NCBI RefSeq assembly: GCF_001194135.2
Contig: NC_068981.1
Coordinates: forward strand, 100,194,276-100,258,275
From: Octopus bimaculoides
Taxonomy: Eukaryota
Reading direction: 5' to 3'
Length of the DNA: 64,000 nt
Position 1 is the first letter of the stretch, and every line of letters starts with the position of its first letter. Below are positions 25,414 through 39,140 of the stretch, in pieces. The notes below the pieces were generated by a model. The model made no database searches, was not told the DNA's origin, and was given only the letters and a program-made list of their open reading frames with translations. Position numbers and translations under genes: made by a program.

Positions 25414-25862
25414 GGCCATAGATGTGGCTGCATGGTCAGAAGTTTGCTTCCCAACCACATGATTCCAGATTCAGTACCACTGTGTGCATCTTCTGCAAGT
25501 GTCTTCTACTACAGCCTTTTGAGTGAATTTGATGGGACAGAAAATGAAAGAAGCACATTGTGTATACATGCATACATACATACATACATACATACATACA
25601 TACATACATGTATGTGTATATGTATGTAATTGTGTGTGTGTGTATATATATATATGTGTATATGTCTTTGTATTTGTGCTTGTCCTCACTGCACCACTCA
25701 ACAACCAATGTTGGTTTGTTTGCATCCTTGTAAGTCACAGTTTAGCAAAAGCAACCAACAGAATAAGTAACAGGTTTAAAAGATATGTATTGGAGTGAGA
25801 TTCATTTGAATAAACACCTCAAAGTGGCCACAGTCCAGTGACTAAAACAAAATAAAAAGATA
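25414..25862 (+). mobile_element. SINE family A (decayed)
   Basis: Head, central microsatellite and 3' module present. Confidence 0.75.
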
Positions 25863-26075
25863 AAAGACATTCATTGTTGCTGCTGTTTTATCCTAGACGT
25901 GCCTCAATTGAACAGACCTTTGATTAAATATATTCAAGCCATGCCTATCCTACCCTTTTTTAGGTATAAATGCATAAGGGATACATTATCTAATGTGATC
26001 TTTAATTCCTGAAATACAGTGGTATGAAATTTCAGGCAAGTTTGGCTCTTATTTATAGCAGACAATGGCCTGTGG

Positions 26076-26303
26076 TTAACCCTTTAGCATTCACATTTTA
26101 CTGTCAAATGTAATGCTTATTTATTCACATTGTTTTGAATTAATTACACATTATCTTTTAGCTTTGAGATTTTAATGATGTAATTGTTTATTTCTAGAAT
26201 AATATTGTAGCGTAAGTGTGAGAGAACAGCTCTGGCCAGTATAAAAATAAAACATGTAAAATACTTTGGCCAGATATGGCCAATTTAAATGCTAAAGGGT
26301 AAA
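26076..26303. mobile_element. piggyBac-type MITE (about 220 bp)
   Basis: TTAA-CCCTTTAGCATT ... AATGCTAAAGGG-TAAA; second copy at 45258-45480. Confidence 0.8.
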
Positions 26304-26444
26304 GAAGTTTTCTTAATAGTTATGTGCCATGGGGTTTGATCCTGCTGAACACCACTGTGGGTAAGTATTTTCTACCAAAGTATTTTCTACTTTTGGCCTA
26401 CCAAATCCTTCTGAGTGAAATTTTGTAACAAGAAACTATATTTA

Positions 26445-26860
26445 TAAACTGGTTTCAGTCAGGTGACTGTGGTCATGCTGGGGCACTGCTTTGAAGGGTT
26501 TAGTTAAATAAAGCAAACTCCCAGTACTTATTCTTAAGCCTATGACTTATTTATCCTATCAATCTTTTTTGCTAAACTGCTAAGTTATGGGAACATAAAC
26601 AAACCAACACCAGTCAACAAGCGGTAGTGGGGGGACAAACATACACAAACACATACACACAAACACACACACACACACATACACAAACACACACACACAA
26701 ACACGCACATATATTCAATGGACTTCCACACAATTTTCATCTACTAAAGCCACTCACAATGCATTGGTTGCCCTATAAAATAAGGTACCATGTAGTAGGT
26801 CTGAACCCCAAACCATCTGATTGAAAAGTGAGCTTCTTAACTACACAGCTATGCCTGAAC
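26445..26860 (-). mobile_element. SINE family A (decayed)
   Basis: Reverse complement similarity to both modules. Confidence 0.7.
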
Positions 26861-27394
26861 CTATATGGCAACATCTTCTTGTTTTGGGATGTGCAATCTA
26901 ACACCGTCACCTCCTTATTGGTTGCTTTCATCAGATTCCATTTTGTTGCTAGCATTTTGACTGCATCTCCAATCTGAACAGACCTTCCTCTCTTCCTTTC
27001 ATCAGTCTCATGGACTTAAAAAGTGTTATGGGAGTTGCCCTTCCTCCTCTGATTATACCAAAAAAAAAAATTAAAAAACAGTCAAACAACCATATAGAGT
27101 CTTCTCTCTTTAATGCATTGTAATAATAGTTTCAATGCTTTATGGAGACATAGCCATGCTGATTGCAAGACTAATAATTTGTATACATTGACTAATAATG
27201 CAGATACTCAACTCCAAATGGTCTTTTCACCCTAAACATAGAATGTAAAATATAGTTCTACTCTATAACGACAAACATATCATTACTCATGTTTTCTTAG
27301 CTTGCAGAGGACAAATGCCTTCTGGGGTTTTGTTAGTGTCTGAAACCTGACAGATCTGTCATAATTAACTTGCTCTAGAGAGATTTTACTTTCT

Positions 27395-27600
27395 GATTTT
27401 GGCACAAAGCCAGAAAGTTTGACAGGTGGGGTAGGCCAATAACATTGACCCTAGTATTTGACTGGTAGTTATTTTAACAACCTGAAAAGGATTAAAGGCA
27501 AAGTCAACCTCAGCGGAATCTGAACTGAGAATGTAAAGAGCTGGAAGAATTGCAACTAAGCAATTTGTCCAACATGCTAACTACTCTGCCATCACACTGC
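27395..27600 (-). mobile_element. SINE family B
   Basis: Reverse complement of 39705-39936. Confidence 0.75.
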
Positions 27601-28166
27601 CTTAAAAGATATTACACATAGACAGATTCCAACATACTATGAGACATCCTCATAATCAAGGCTGCCAAAATATAACCATAATATCAAATTCCTGTGAACA
27701 TCTATCACATCTCTTAGCTTCACTTAACTTGCTTCATTACCAACCTCGTGTATTTTTTGTTCATTCATTTCTTTTTTTTAAGTAACCACTACATGAGACA
27801 TCAGTTAATGCCAGTTCTTCTCTCCCAGTTTCAAACTCAATGCATATTCTAAGAGGATTATGTTGGTTTCTGGTTTCTTGTATGTTGAACTATGTTAAGA
27901 CCTCTAGATGAGAACATCATATACATTAAGTTTAAAAACAATATCATGTGCATGTGTACCCATGTGTGTGTGTGTGTGTGTGTGTTTGCATGTGTGCATT
28001 TGCAAATGTATACATATATATTGATTTCACTTGGACTTCATCACTGACAGCTCAGATAAGCAATAGAATAATTTTCACTGTACTTAATGCTTTCTAAAAG
28101 TTTATGAACAATAACAGATAATGCAGGTACACATATAAAAACAACAAACATGAAATAAACACACAT

Positions 28167-28209
<43 letters not shown>

Positions 28210-29030
28210 GAGAGATATGTATGTGTATGGACAGACAGACAGACAGACAGACAGACAGATATAGATATATATAAAACTATTCTAATGTAAGTGTTACTTT
28301 AGAACATAGTCTACCTCACTTCCAAAGTGAAATGAAAGGAAAATGCAAAAGTGAAACAGAAACAAAGAAGTGGTTGTATTTCTGAATGTAAAATGGATAA
28401 GAAAAACAAAAATTCAACTAAAATCAAAACCATACAAAAAATGAAGTCGTGCAAAATGAAATAGCTATCATCAACAATTTTGGCAGCCTAAATTGTGAAT
28501 GGTGAATATTTTGTGAATAGCTTTATTCAGCAAAAGTGCAAGGAGATAAAAAAGAAATATTCCGCATATTTTATCTTATAAATATCACTAGAATCAAATA
28601 TCTATACATTTCATTGTTGGTGTACTCCTGAGAAAATAAGCATACTAAGATGTTTTAAAAGACATCTCGATGGAGAAGTAAACAATAGTGGAAAAGGTTA
28701 AATTAGTTGACAATAATGCTCTTCACTATATTGTTGTTTCACCTGATGATATATATGTAAGTGATGACATTTCAAAAGGCAACAATGACAAATGTGATCT
28801 TCCAGACTGCTGGACATTATAAGTGCACTTGAACATAAAGAAAGAATATCTCTGTCTAATTGTTAAGAATAGAAAGCCAGGTTGTTGTGTATGCAGTAAG
28901 GGAGATCATCTTAGATTTGAATAAACACACAGAATAGATTTGTTTCATGATTGGTGCTGAGTTCATGGAGTAGGTTTATGAGTAACAGGATTTTTACAGA
29001 TGCAATAATAATAGTAATAATAATAATAAT

Positions 29031-29458
29031 ATAATCTTTAGGAGGGACAAACAAGAGTGCCTAATAATTGACATGACAGTGCCAGGAGATCAACATATCA
29101 TAAAAGAAAGAGAAAAGACTGACAAATATGGTGACATGAGAATTGAGATCACTAAGATGTAGCAGTTACGAGAGTCAAACATAAAGGTTGTCCCTATTGT
29201 CATCGGAGCATTGGGTTCAATACCACCCAACATGAAAAAGCATCTGGAAACATTAGAAATACCCTACAATCTAGGCGTATTGCAAAAATTGGCATTACTT
29301 GGAACTGCACGCATATTGTGTAAAGTACTATCTGTCTGAGGTCCTTGTTGTGACCTGACAGTACAAACCTCTGGTAGACATAATATCTTCAATCAACAAC
29401 ATCACGATATTGGATACTGTGTGACGTCTTAAATAATAATAATAATAATGATAATGAT
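29031..29458 (+). pseudogene. R4/Dong-clade non-LTR retrotransposon 3' end with 3'UTR and (TAA)n tail
   Basis: Single frame 29055-29339: ECLIIDMTVPGDQHIIKEREKTDKYGDMRIEITKM*QLRESNIKVVPIVIGALGSIP...LQKLALLGTARILCKVLSV* (one TGG>TAG); (TAA)n both sides. Confidence 0.92.
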
Positions 29459-29459
29459 T

Positions 29460-29668
29460 TCAAATTTTGGTACAAGGCCAGGAATTTTGGGGAAGTGGGT
29501 AAATCAGTTATATCAACCCCAGTGCTCCACTAGTACTTATTTTATCGACTCTGAAGGGATGAAAGGACAAGTCAACCTTAGCGGAATTTAAACTCAAAAT
29601 GTAAAGACAGACAAAACACTGCTAAGCATTTTGCCTGGAGTGCTAACAATTCTGCCAGTTCACCACCT
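29460..29668 (-). mobile_element. SINE family B within the (TAA)n tail
   Basis: Reverse complement of family B; TAA repeat resumes at about 29670-29745. Confidence 0.85.
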
Positions 29669-29682
29669 TAATGATAATGATG

Positions 29683-29728
<46 letters not shown>

Positions 29729-29873
29729 TAATAATAATAATAAGTGAAACAAATGAAAAGTCATCAGAAATGCAGTGTATAGGTCCCTGAAAAATGTAGA
29801 AGCAAAACTAGATTGTGTTTTTAGAATTGTATATAATGTAACAGTCAATGTTAGTCTATATGTAGATATACCT

Positions 29874-31000
29874 CATGAGGGTGGATCAAAATTTTTCTGA
29901 TTTTCTAAGATGATTTTAGGTAACTTGTATCTCCATATTATAAAATTGATTTGTTACAACTTGTCCAAGCATTGCTGAATTGTTTATTCTTTATTTTTAC
30001 GTATAACATATAAACTTTAATTCTTTATTCTTTAATTTACATCTTTGATAATGAATGTTAAAAAAATTGCAATTAGAGCCATTTTATTTTACCTATGGGG
30101 GAAAAGAACTGAGTGCAAGGGTAGTGGCAAAAGAAATTAATGATGTGGAAGTCTCAGGAACTGTCAACAAACATGTGGCACAAAACTGGTTCAGACATTT
30201 CAAGTAATGAGACACTAGTCACAAAGACAAACCAAGGTCAGGGAGACCTCCAGTTGTGGAAGACAAGGCCTTGCTTTAAATGACTGAACAACATCCAAGC
30301 ATGAGCACTTGTACATTGTCAACAGAACTTAGTATTTCACAAATCATCATCAATCAACACCTCCATAAGCTCGACCTTGTGAACACATACCGTTGAGAAG
30401 CTCATTATAAAATGACCAATGATCAGGCTTAATGATGTGTGAACATTTGCAAACAATTGCTAACAAATCTTCAAGATGCTGTTTTGTGTGTTGAATTGTA
30501 AATGGGGATGAGAAATGGATTTATTTTAGTAATCTTAACAAGAGAAATCAGTGACTTTGTTCTGACCAGACTTCAGTACCTGTTGTTAAACAAGGGCTGT
30601 TTGAACAGAAGGTCATGTTGTATTTGATGGTGGGTGCTGCACTTTGAACTTATCCCAGATGGTTGTACCATGAACACTAACCTTTATGCTCAATCAAAGA
30701 CATGTACTCCTACAGCATAACAATACACCAAGACACACTGCCAATGTGACCAAGCATGCCTACAGTTCTGACCTTGTGTCATTTGATTACTGCTTTTTCT
30801 GTGCCATGGTTCATTTCCTGCATTCAACAACGTGGATGAGGTTGAAAACAGGTGTAGGGAGTTTTTTGCTTCTAAATCATCCAAATGGTATAAGCATGGA
30901 ATTGAGCTTCTGGCACAACAATGGCAATAGACAATAGCATACGATAGGATGGATTTTGATGAATAAGTGCTTTTCATATGTAATTTGTTGGAACTATTAA
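29874..31000 (+). mobile_element. Decayed mariner (DD34D) transposase copy
   Basis: MNVKKIAIRAILFYL; NWFRHFK..KPRSGRP; IVNGDEKW; LLQHNNTPRH; HAYSSDLVSFDYCFF; many stops and deletions. Confidence 0.85.
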
Positions 31001-31064
31001 TAAAAGCTTGAAATACGAAAAAATGTTTGACTCAACATGGTTTTATACTCAGATTATACTAAAG

Positions 31065-31265
31065 CAGCAAGCTAGTAGAACCGTTAGCACACTGGGAAAA
31101 ATGCTTTGCGGCCAATTCTTCTGGCTTTATGTTCTGAGTTCAAATTTCACCACGGTCAACTTTGCTGTTGATGTTTTCTGGGTTCTATAAAATAAGTACT
31201 TGTCAAGTAATGGGGTCAGTGAAATCAACAAGCCTTCTTCCCACCAAATTTCAGGCCTTGTGCCC
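31065..31265 (+). mobile_element. SINE family B
   Basis: B-box GAGTTCAAATTTC; tail CAAATTTCAGGCCTTGTGCC. Confidence 0.8.
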
Positions 31266-32814
31266 TGCTGATATTAGGAATACACTAAGAAAGAAACAAC
31301 CTTAAATTTGGCTACATGCTTCACTTTCATAAGTCATGTACAGATATTACACACCACATGGGGAATGAAATGCAAAAGACAGAGGTCATCACCAACATCA
31401 TCATTTAAAATCTGTTTTTCATTCTGGCGTGGTGAAAAACATAATTTCCAAAGAATTTAAAACTGATTGATGAATCTATTGTTATGAAAAGCAAGACTTA
31501 TATTAGCAGAGTTTATTTATTCATTCATTTTTTTGTGGAAATTTGAGAGTAGCAGTTAGTGGATTTCCCCACCTTGGATCTTTCTATTTTGATTTAGAAT
31601 ACTTATAAATTGATACAAATGTGATAGTTGTTTTCAATGCAGTACTTAAAAGAAAATGTGATATCAATATCACTTACAACTGGTAGATCATCAGTAACAT
31701 TGGGAAGAAAATCAAGGGTTTTAAGAAACTATCGCTCAAGAGTTTTCCTAATACAGTCAATCTAAGTTTGTTACTAGTATACTGCAATAGCAGCAAGCTT
31801 GGATTTAGTGTAGGTGAGATTTTTAAATGAAGGTGAAAATTTGAACCATTTTCGGGTATTTTGAAATAAAATGCATTCTTTATATTGAAGGTATTCAAAG
31901 AACCAAGATGAATGAATTGCATGCACTGAGAACCTTCTCTCTCAAATGTTGAAAATTGATCATGTTTTTCAGCATGATATAGGCTGATTCCTCAACTGAA
32001 CTAACTGTAAAAGCATTATGGCAATCTTATAATGTTATTTAGAGGTATTTGGGAAGAATAAGCAGTAGGACTTCATGATTTTGTACAGAAAAAGCAATGT
32101 ATGATGAGCTTTTGTAACTAATTTTGGATAGTTTTGTAGAGATGTTAAAATTGTTACTTTAACTACAGAACCAATATTGTATACTTAGTAAAGCACAAGA
32201 AAAAAAATTTAACAAACTATTATTTTTTTTATTGTCAAATAGTGACATATACATCTCATCTAACTAATGGGATGAACATGAGGGATAGTTAAGTCCCTAT
32301 AATACAGATAATAGTTTTTGTGAAATTTCATAAATAAATAAAATCCAGGCAGCTTGAATTTGCAACTTTTAACAATAAATGTTAAAAAGGGTTAGATGAA
32401 ATATTTAGATAACACTCTTCCAAAATATTCGCTTTTGACAATAATGATATGCAAGAAAAACTAAAAATGACAAAAGAGCCTTGCTTAAAGAGCTTATGGA
32501 GAAGGCTACTTGACTGATTTGAATTCAGTCATAATGGACACATACCAGCATCTGCTCACAGGCATTCTGTCTCTTCTCGTGCTACTATAATGGCCTTTAT
32601 TTCTTGGAGCTAGCTGGTCCCTTACCTCTATCTCTCAGGCACTCCTATCCAACTCATCTAACAGCTTCTCCTCACTCTTGACATGTTCAAATACTTTGGC
32701 CTTTCACAAACCATTATGTCTAGTCCTGAGCAACCCAGACAGGCATGGAAAATGAGAGTAAAATGATTGTAATGCAGATGATATTTATGCTTGTGTGAAT
32801 GTGTATATATGAAT

Positions 32815-33830
32815 ATATCTCATCATTTAACATCCTTTTTCCATGCTGGCAAGAGTTGGACAGTTCCTCAGGAACTGGCAAGTCAGAAGACTGCACCAAT
32901 CCTTACAGGCTGCTTTAGCATGGTTTCTACAACTGGATAACCTTCCTAACACCAAACACTTTACAGTGTATTGGATGCTTTTTACATGGTACCAGTAGTA
33001 GTGAGATCACCAAATAATTTGCAAGACAAGACCCTTCAACTGAGGTGGGGAGTAGTATTGAGGGACAGAAAAAAAAAGTTTTGCTTTAGAGGGGAAACAT
33101 GACTGTCTCAGGTGGGGAAAGAGTGGAGAGAGAGAGAGGAAAGTGAGAAAGAGGAGAAAGAGAAGATGGTAAAGATGTGATGGGGAAGGGTTTGGGGTGA
33201 GTGGACCAAAGATTAGAGAGGGTGAGTGGGAGAGTTCATGAGATTGGGAAAGGAGAATGGTAGATGTAGATTGGGGTGTAACGAGTGAGAACAGGTAAAG
33301 GGATGGGGTTTTGTGAGGATATGTTATAAGGAAGAGTTTCAATAAGGACAAATTATGTGCAGGTAGGTACATGAGGGAGAATGGAGAGGAATACAGCAGG
33401 TGATGAGCATGGGTGGGGGAATGGAGTATTAGAAAGATTGGCTGTGGGGAAGGTTTATTGGGAGACCAAATGTGTACCAGAGGGCAGAAATGTCATAGGT
33501 ATAAAGGAAATGCCTTTGTTATCTCCTCTGTGAAGCTCAAATCTGAAGATCGTTTCTCACTATTTCATCCTATGTCTTCCAGAGGTTCCCCTCAACATTT
33601 AGAGATTGCTACTTCTTTATGCAGCTGTCCTCATTCATACACATCACCTGACCATACAAATGCAGTCTTCTCTCTTGTATACTACATCTGATACCTTTTG
33701 TTCTCAATTTTTCTCTTTAAATATACTTTATCATATCAGCACCCAGACATTGCACATCCAGCAGAGCATGCTGGCTTCATTTCTTTTCAAGCTCTTGCAT
33801 ATCGGCTTCATTTCCCAAGCCTGAAACTCA
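32815..33830 (-). mobile_element. RTE LINE 3' fragment (C-terminal coding + pyrimidine-rich 3'UTR + tail)
   Basis: Reverse complement similar to 40060-41177 (..EKK*SQHALLDVQC region, ERRLHLYGQVM). Confidence 0.8.
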
Positions 33831-35399
33831 TTGTCAACTTCTAGTTGAGATTAAGTTATAAGGTCATCAGCATAGAGAACTCTCAAGAGCAACCAGTCTT
33901 ATGGAAGACTATGATAAACAAGAGAGAGATGAGAACTGATTCTTGGTGATCTCCTACCTGCACTCTAAATTTGGCACTATACTCATTTCACCTTACTGAC
34001 AGCATAACCTGTATATATCTTAGCTTGCTCTCACCAGTCACTCATCTACCCTTAGTTTCTGTAGCAACTACAAGATAAGGGAGTGAGGAACTCAGTCAAA
34101 GGCTTTCTCCATATTTACAAATGCCAAACACAGCAATTAATTTTTGCTAAATTCTTCTCTTACACAAAACCAAACTGAATCTCATCCATGTTACCTCTCA
34201 AGAGCTGTGGCCATGCTGGGTCACCACCTTTATGTAATATGTGTGAGTGCCTGTGTGTATGCGCGTGTATGTGTATCATCTTCATCATCATTTAATGACC
34301 GTTGTCCATACTGGCATAGGTTGGACAGTTTAACCAGAGCTGGTAAACTGAGGGGCTGCACCAGACTGTATATATATAGTGGTGACCCAGCATGGTTGCA
34401 GCTCTTGAGAAGAAACTAGCAAAAGGATAAAAGAATGAAGAAAGCAAACCAAAAACTGATTGATGGTAGCAACATTTCTTTTAGTTGAACTACCATGCCC
34501 TAATATCTATCAAATATTTCATCCTCATTTGAGTGTTTTGGAATATAAACCTTCTTTAGGGAAGAGGTGTGTGTTATGTTTTACAGTACATAAATTTAGT
34601 GTTGTTACAAATAACATAATTTGTATAATTGTATTTAGATTATCCATTACTGTCTCTTTATAACTGATCTGCTATCGCTAATGCTATTATTGTTTATTAT
34701 TTCTTCCTTCTGAGCATGTTTGATTGAGAAGAATAATGTAAAACAGACACAAGGAGTACCTTTGTATATATTTATATTTCTGTTCTATTAATGGCAGGAC
34801 AGTCTGCAATTATGCTACACTAGGCAGACAATTTTTCTATGATTTTGGTAATGTATTATCTATGAAATCGTATAAATTGAAAAGCATGGCCAAACAATGC
34901 CTTATAGTCTTCATCATTAATGGTTCAATTTGACTGTTGCAATATTTTATTCTTATTGTCCTTTTCTGGAAGGGTTTTCTTCTTTTTCTTTTTTTCTTTT
35001 TAACAATTTTCTTGCATTTCCTCAAGTTATAATACTATAATTTAGATGTTAGACAATGTGAAAATAGAAGCATATAAGTAATTTGGCAAGAAGTTATGGT
35101 ATATCATAGTGTTTACAAATAAAATTTGAAAAGTGTAAGAGATAAAAATACAAAAATATTTTCAAAAATTAAGCTTTTGTTTAGTTGAATTAAATCTATA
35201 CTGATTTCCTGCAGAAGCTCAAGACTTTAGATTTAGGAATAAAAAAATTGACAGGATTTAACCGTATAACATTTATGCCCTTTCTTCTGTTAGTGACATG
35301 AATGTATGGCAAGGATCTCTTATAGATGCCAGTCGTCAAAGGTCAGAAGGTGATGAGAAATAAGTCTGTAAACGAATCAGGAACAACATAAAACAACAT

Positions 35400-36640
35400 A
35401 AAAATAGTAAGCACAGTAAACAAGATATTAATTTTATGCTATAAGGAAGAAATAACAGAGTGTGTTTGATGTTTTGGACATTACTTCTATGAGAGAGAAA
35501 GACAAAAACATTTTGAAAAGAAAAAATCTGTTTTGATTAATGTCTCAAAGTGGAAAGACAGAAGTGGTGGAAGAAGAAAGAGAGAGTCTTGGTTAGGAAA
35601 GTAAATGAGATGTTATTGAACAGAGATAGTAGCGAGTATGGTATGGTGTCTGTATGCATATGTGCATACATCCTTATTATGAGTAGGTGTAGTGAATTCA
35701 TGAATGTTTGAAGGCTGTGAATATGTGTGTGGGATGTGTATGGTTGTGCAGTTGGTAACACTTTAAGTGTATGTGCAGGGAAGTATAAGTATTGTGTAGG
35801 TGGTGGTATTTTATATGTGAGTATGTGGGTGAAGAGGTATATGTAGATATACATAACTAGAGAGAGGCAAGCCTGTTATTTAAACTATGTTGATATACCA
35901 TACCTCGGTGAAAAATTAATACATGTTCACATTGCAGACAGGACATGAAAGAACTATGGTGTAAGAAAGTGGTTCTGTAAAGGTAGTACTGGGGTTGTCC
36001 ATGAACTAAATTCAAAATCTCGTATATATATATATATATATATAAGGATGACAATACCACAAATAGAGAAGAAGAATCATATGAATTGAAGTAGCTGGCC
36101 ACAGGTTATCCGACACTGTTTGGTTAGATATCTTGAAGATGTTTGTTAAATTTATCAGTTAATCTTCAACCAATCTAACTTACATATAGTTAGCCACATA
36201 ATCTGCATTTTATACAACAGCTAGTGTTCATAGTGATAGAAAGGAATTAGTCAGTAATATAGCAGTAGAAGGTTAGTGCAGATCCTGTTAGTGTGGTGGT
36301 GTTAACAATAAAGGGTCAAATATATTAACCAGGGTGGGAACAGACAAACAATCCAAGTTCTATGTGTGGAAGGGGAGAAGAACTGCAAACTAACTATTAC
36401 ATAGATTATAGGCATGCTGGAAGGTGGGGGAAGAGATAGGAAGTAGTTGGGCCAGATTGGTGGAGACTGCAGTACCACAAGATGGTGCATATGAGAAATA
36501 TGAAACTGTGATGGTAGGTAAGGGGAAATGACAGAAACACAAGGCATGAAAAGAAAAGAAACACACAGCACGACAAGAGAATTACAATCAACATCATAAA
36601 TATGGAACTAAGCTGTGGTTCACCATTTGGATAGAACATC
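35400..36640 (-). pseudogene. Penelope-like element remnant with GIY-YIG endonuclease
   Basis: Minus strand PLTYHHS..LHQSGPTTSYLFP; CSHPG*YI*PFIVNTTT; IKCRLCG*LYVS*IG*RLTDKFNKHLQDI..PVASYFNS; CEHVLIFHRGMVYQHSLN; followed by pyrimidine-rich UTR. Confidence 0.75.
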
Positions 36641-36817
36641 AGTCTACCATGGATATATTTCTTGAGAAGTTCTTGTACCTATGTGAAATATTTGCATTGG
36701 ATTTGGACTTACAAAATATCAGCTTGTGGTCCTATATCATACCATTATATTAAACTGATCGACATCAAATATTTTATAAATAATATATATATATATATAT
36801 ATATATATGCATATATA

Positions 36818-37300
36818 CAGGACGTCACCACCACTAAACAACATGAAATATGAAAACAAATGAGTTAAATACACAAACAACAAGAGAAACAAATGAAAAC
36901 TGGACAAGTAACACAAAGAATGACCCCTCATCAGTTGTCAGCTGTCTATCTACTCATTTCAAGCACTGAACGACAATATGAATCTTCGAAGACAGTTGCT
37001 CCCATAAGTATCAAAATAAAATTTGAGATTTATGGAGGGTCAAAGTTGGGAACAAAAACATGGCAGTGAAGATATACAAGGAAACCAAAACGAAAACAAA
37101 CATGGAGGGTCATTAGACCAGAATGAGGGTAAAATAGCGAACACTGGAGAAATATTTTCTTTGACAAGAGAAAAGATAGAAGAGAGAAATAGGATACATC
37201 CAGTCCTTAGGACAGTCCTGAGAGAAAAGAAAGATGATCATGTGAGGAAAAGAAAAATGGATGATGGTCATCCATCTGTATCTGACTTATAGAGGAAAGA
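36818..37300. repeat. Unclassified dispersed repeat, possibly PLE-derived
   Basis: Purine-rich, follows (TA)n; recognised from memory only. Confidence 0.3.
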
Positions 37301-38780
37301 GAAAAGACTAAATGATGCTCATGAGTATATATGTGGGGATGTGAAATAACAACAAAAAAACTGGAACCAGGATTAAAATTCTATCAACCAGAAGATTATT
37401 GCTTCCTTAGGGCAAAATTATGCATATTAAAAAAACATTTAACAAGACGAAGTATTGATTTTCATTTTACCAAGCACAGCCAAATTTTTAACCAACACCA
37501 AGTTATTACTGGTATTTATTTCAATGACTCTTGAATCAAGAAGGAACTGAACTGTTAATCTATGTGTTGGATGAGATTAAAACAATGATATAGCTGATTT
37601 AATGCCATCACCTGGCCCCTGGTAACTTTAGTGGAGTCTACTTTGTTGTAAGCATTCTAGCCAAGTGTACAATCTGAGAATAACTCTGACTTTCCCTACC
37701 ACCATTATCAGAGGCCCTGAAATAGTGGCTACCTTTCCTACTCTGACTGAGCCATTAAAATAAAGTAGATAGTCAAGAATTCCACTGTTCTTGCTAAATA
37801 AGGTCAATCTTTGATGGGGATGGATAAAGTGATTGAATCAATCTTCATATATATTGCTTGTATTTTATCAATCATTGAGAAATGAAATGGAATTTGGCAT
37901 CAATATGATTTGAACTCAGAACACAGAGCATTTAGTCTGGTATTGAACTATTTCTGCAACTTTGTTTCATACTAGTAAATAAGAATATAATAATTGATTT
38001 TTCGCATTGTTCCAAATCTACAAATTTGTATGAGAAAGATATAGCCAATTAAATCAGCCCCAGTAGATATACAGTACTTATTTAACCAAAATTAGTAGAA
38101 TGGAAGGTAATGTTAACTCTGTGGGGATTGAACTCAAAATGTAGAAGAATAAAACTAAATACAGTAGAGTTTTCAGTTTGGCATCTTACCACATCTATAC
38201 CATATGCCAACATTTTAAAATTATTTTATTTTCAATAATGATGGAGAATGTTTTCCATCAGAAGTAAGAATATAATTATGAAGAACAATCAATAATTCTA
38301 GATAATGTATTGATTATTACATCACGAAGGTTTTAAGTTCTAAGTCAACTAACTTAAACATTACAGTGAAGTATGTGTAAATGACCCTCTTAGTAATTTC
38401 CAGGTACAATTAAGGACTGGAAATGAAAACAAACAGTCAGTAAAAGGATATCTTAAACTAACACATTCATGCAGACTATAATTATAGTGAAGGTGACAAC
38501 TTAGTGGTATTTATATGAACTTGTTACAATGATTGCATTGCACTTAGAATGACATGTTAGTTGCTAAATCAGTGATTATGTTACTGCTGAAGATGGCAGT
38601 TTTATTGACACTTCAACTTTATACATCTTGTGCTGTTTTATTTGTTTACTTTTAATGTTTTACTTTTTATTTATTTATATGCTGGTAAAAAAAATCAAAC
38701 AGAAACTGTCTGTTGTACAGATTTATTCATACTGCACTATAATGACATGATCAGATATTAAAATTAAAATAATAATAATA

Positions 38781-39130
38781 ACAGTCCTTTCTATTATAGG
38801 TACAAGGCCTAGAATTAAGGGGGAGGGGGGCTAATCGATTTCATCAGCCCCAGTGATAAACTGTTACTTACTTTACTGACTCTGAAAAGATGAAAGGTAA
38901 AGTCAACCATGGTAGAGTTTGAACACAAAACATAAAAGACAGATGAAATGCTGCTAAGCATTTTGCCTGGCATTAAAATTACTTTTTACCATAGGAACAA
39001 GGCCTGGAGTTTTGGGAGAGAGTCTAGTCCATTACATTGACCCAGTGTTTTACTGGTACTTATTTTATTAACTCTCTACTCCAAAAAAGGATGAAAGACA
39101 CAGTCAACCTTGGCGGAATTTGAACTCAGA
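38781..39130 (-). mobile_element. Two adjacent SINE family B copies
   Basis: ACAAGGCC..GGG..CCCAGTG..TACTTA..GATGAAAG..GTCAACC repeated at about 38781-38975 and 38982-39130. Confidence 0.8.
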
Positions 39131-39140
39131 GCTCCTTTCA

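Noticed and set aside
28560-28970. Protein-like short frames (..LHYIVVSPDDIY..; KGDHLRF)
   Set aside because: Broken by stops and frameshifts; at best a very old LINE remnant that I cannot assign.
36900-36990. Minus-strand GAAA...CTGATGA suggesting a type II hammerhead
   Set aside because: Could not build stems I and III or a partner for stem II.
38575-38620. CTGAAGATGGC hammerhead-like start
   Set aside because: No downstream GAAA or closing stems.
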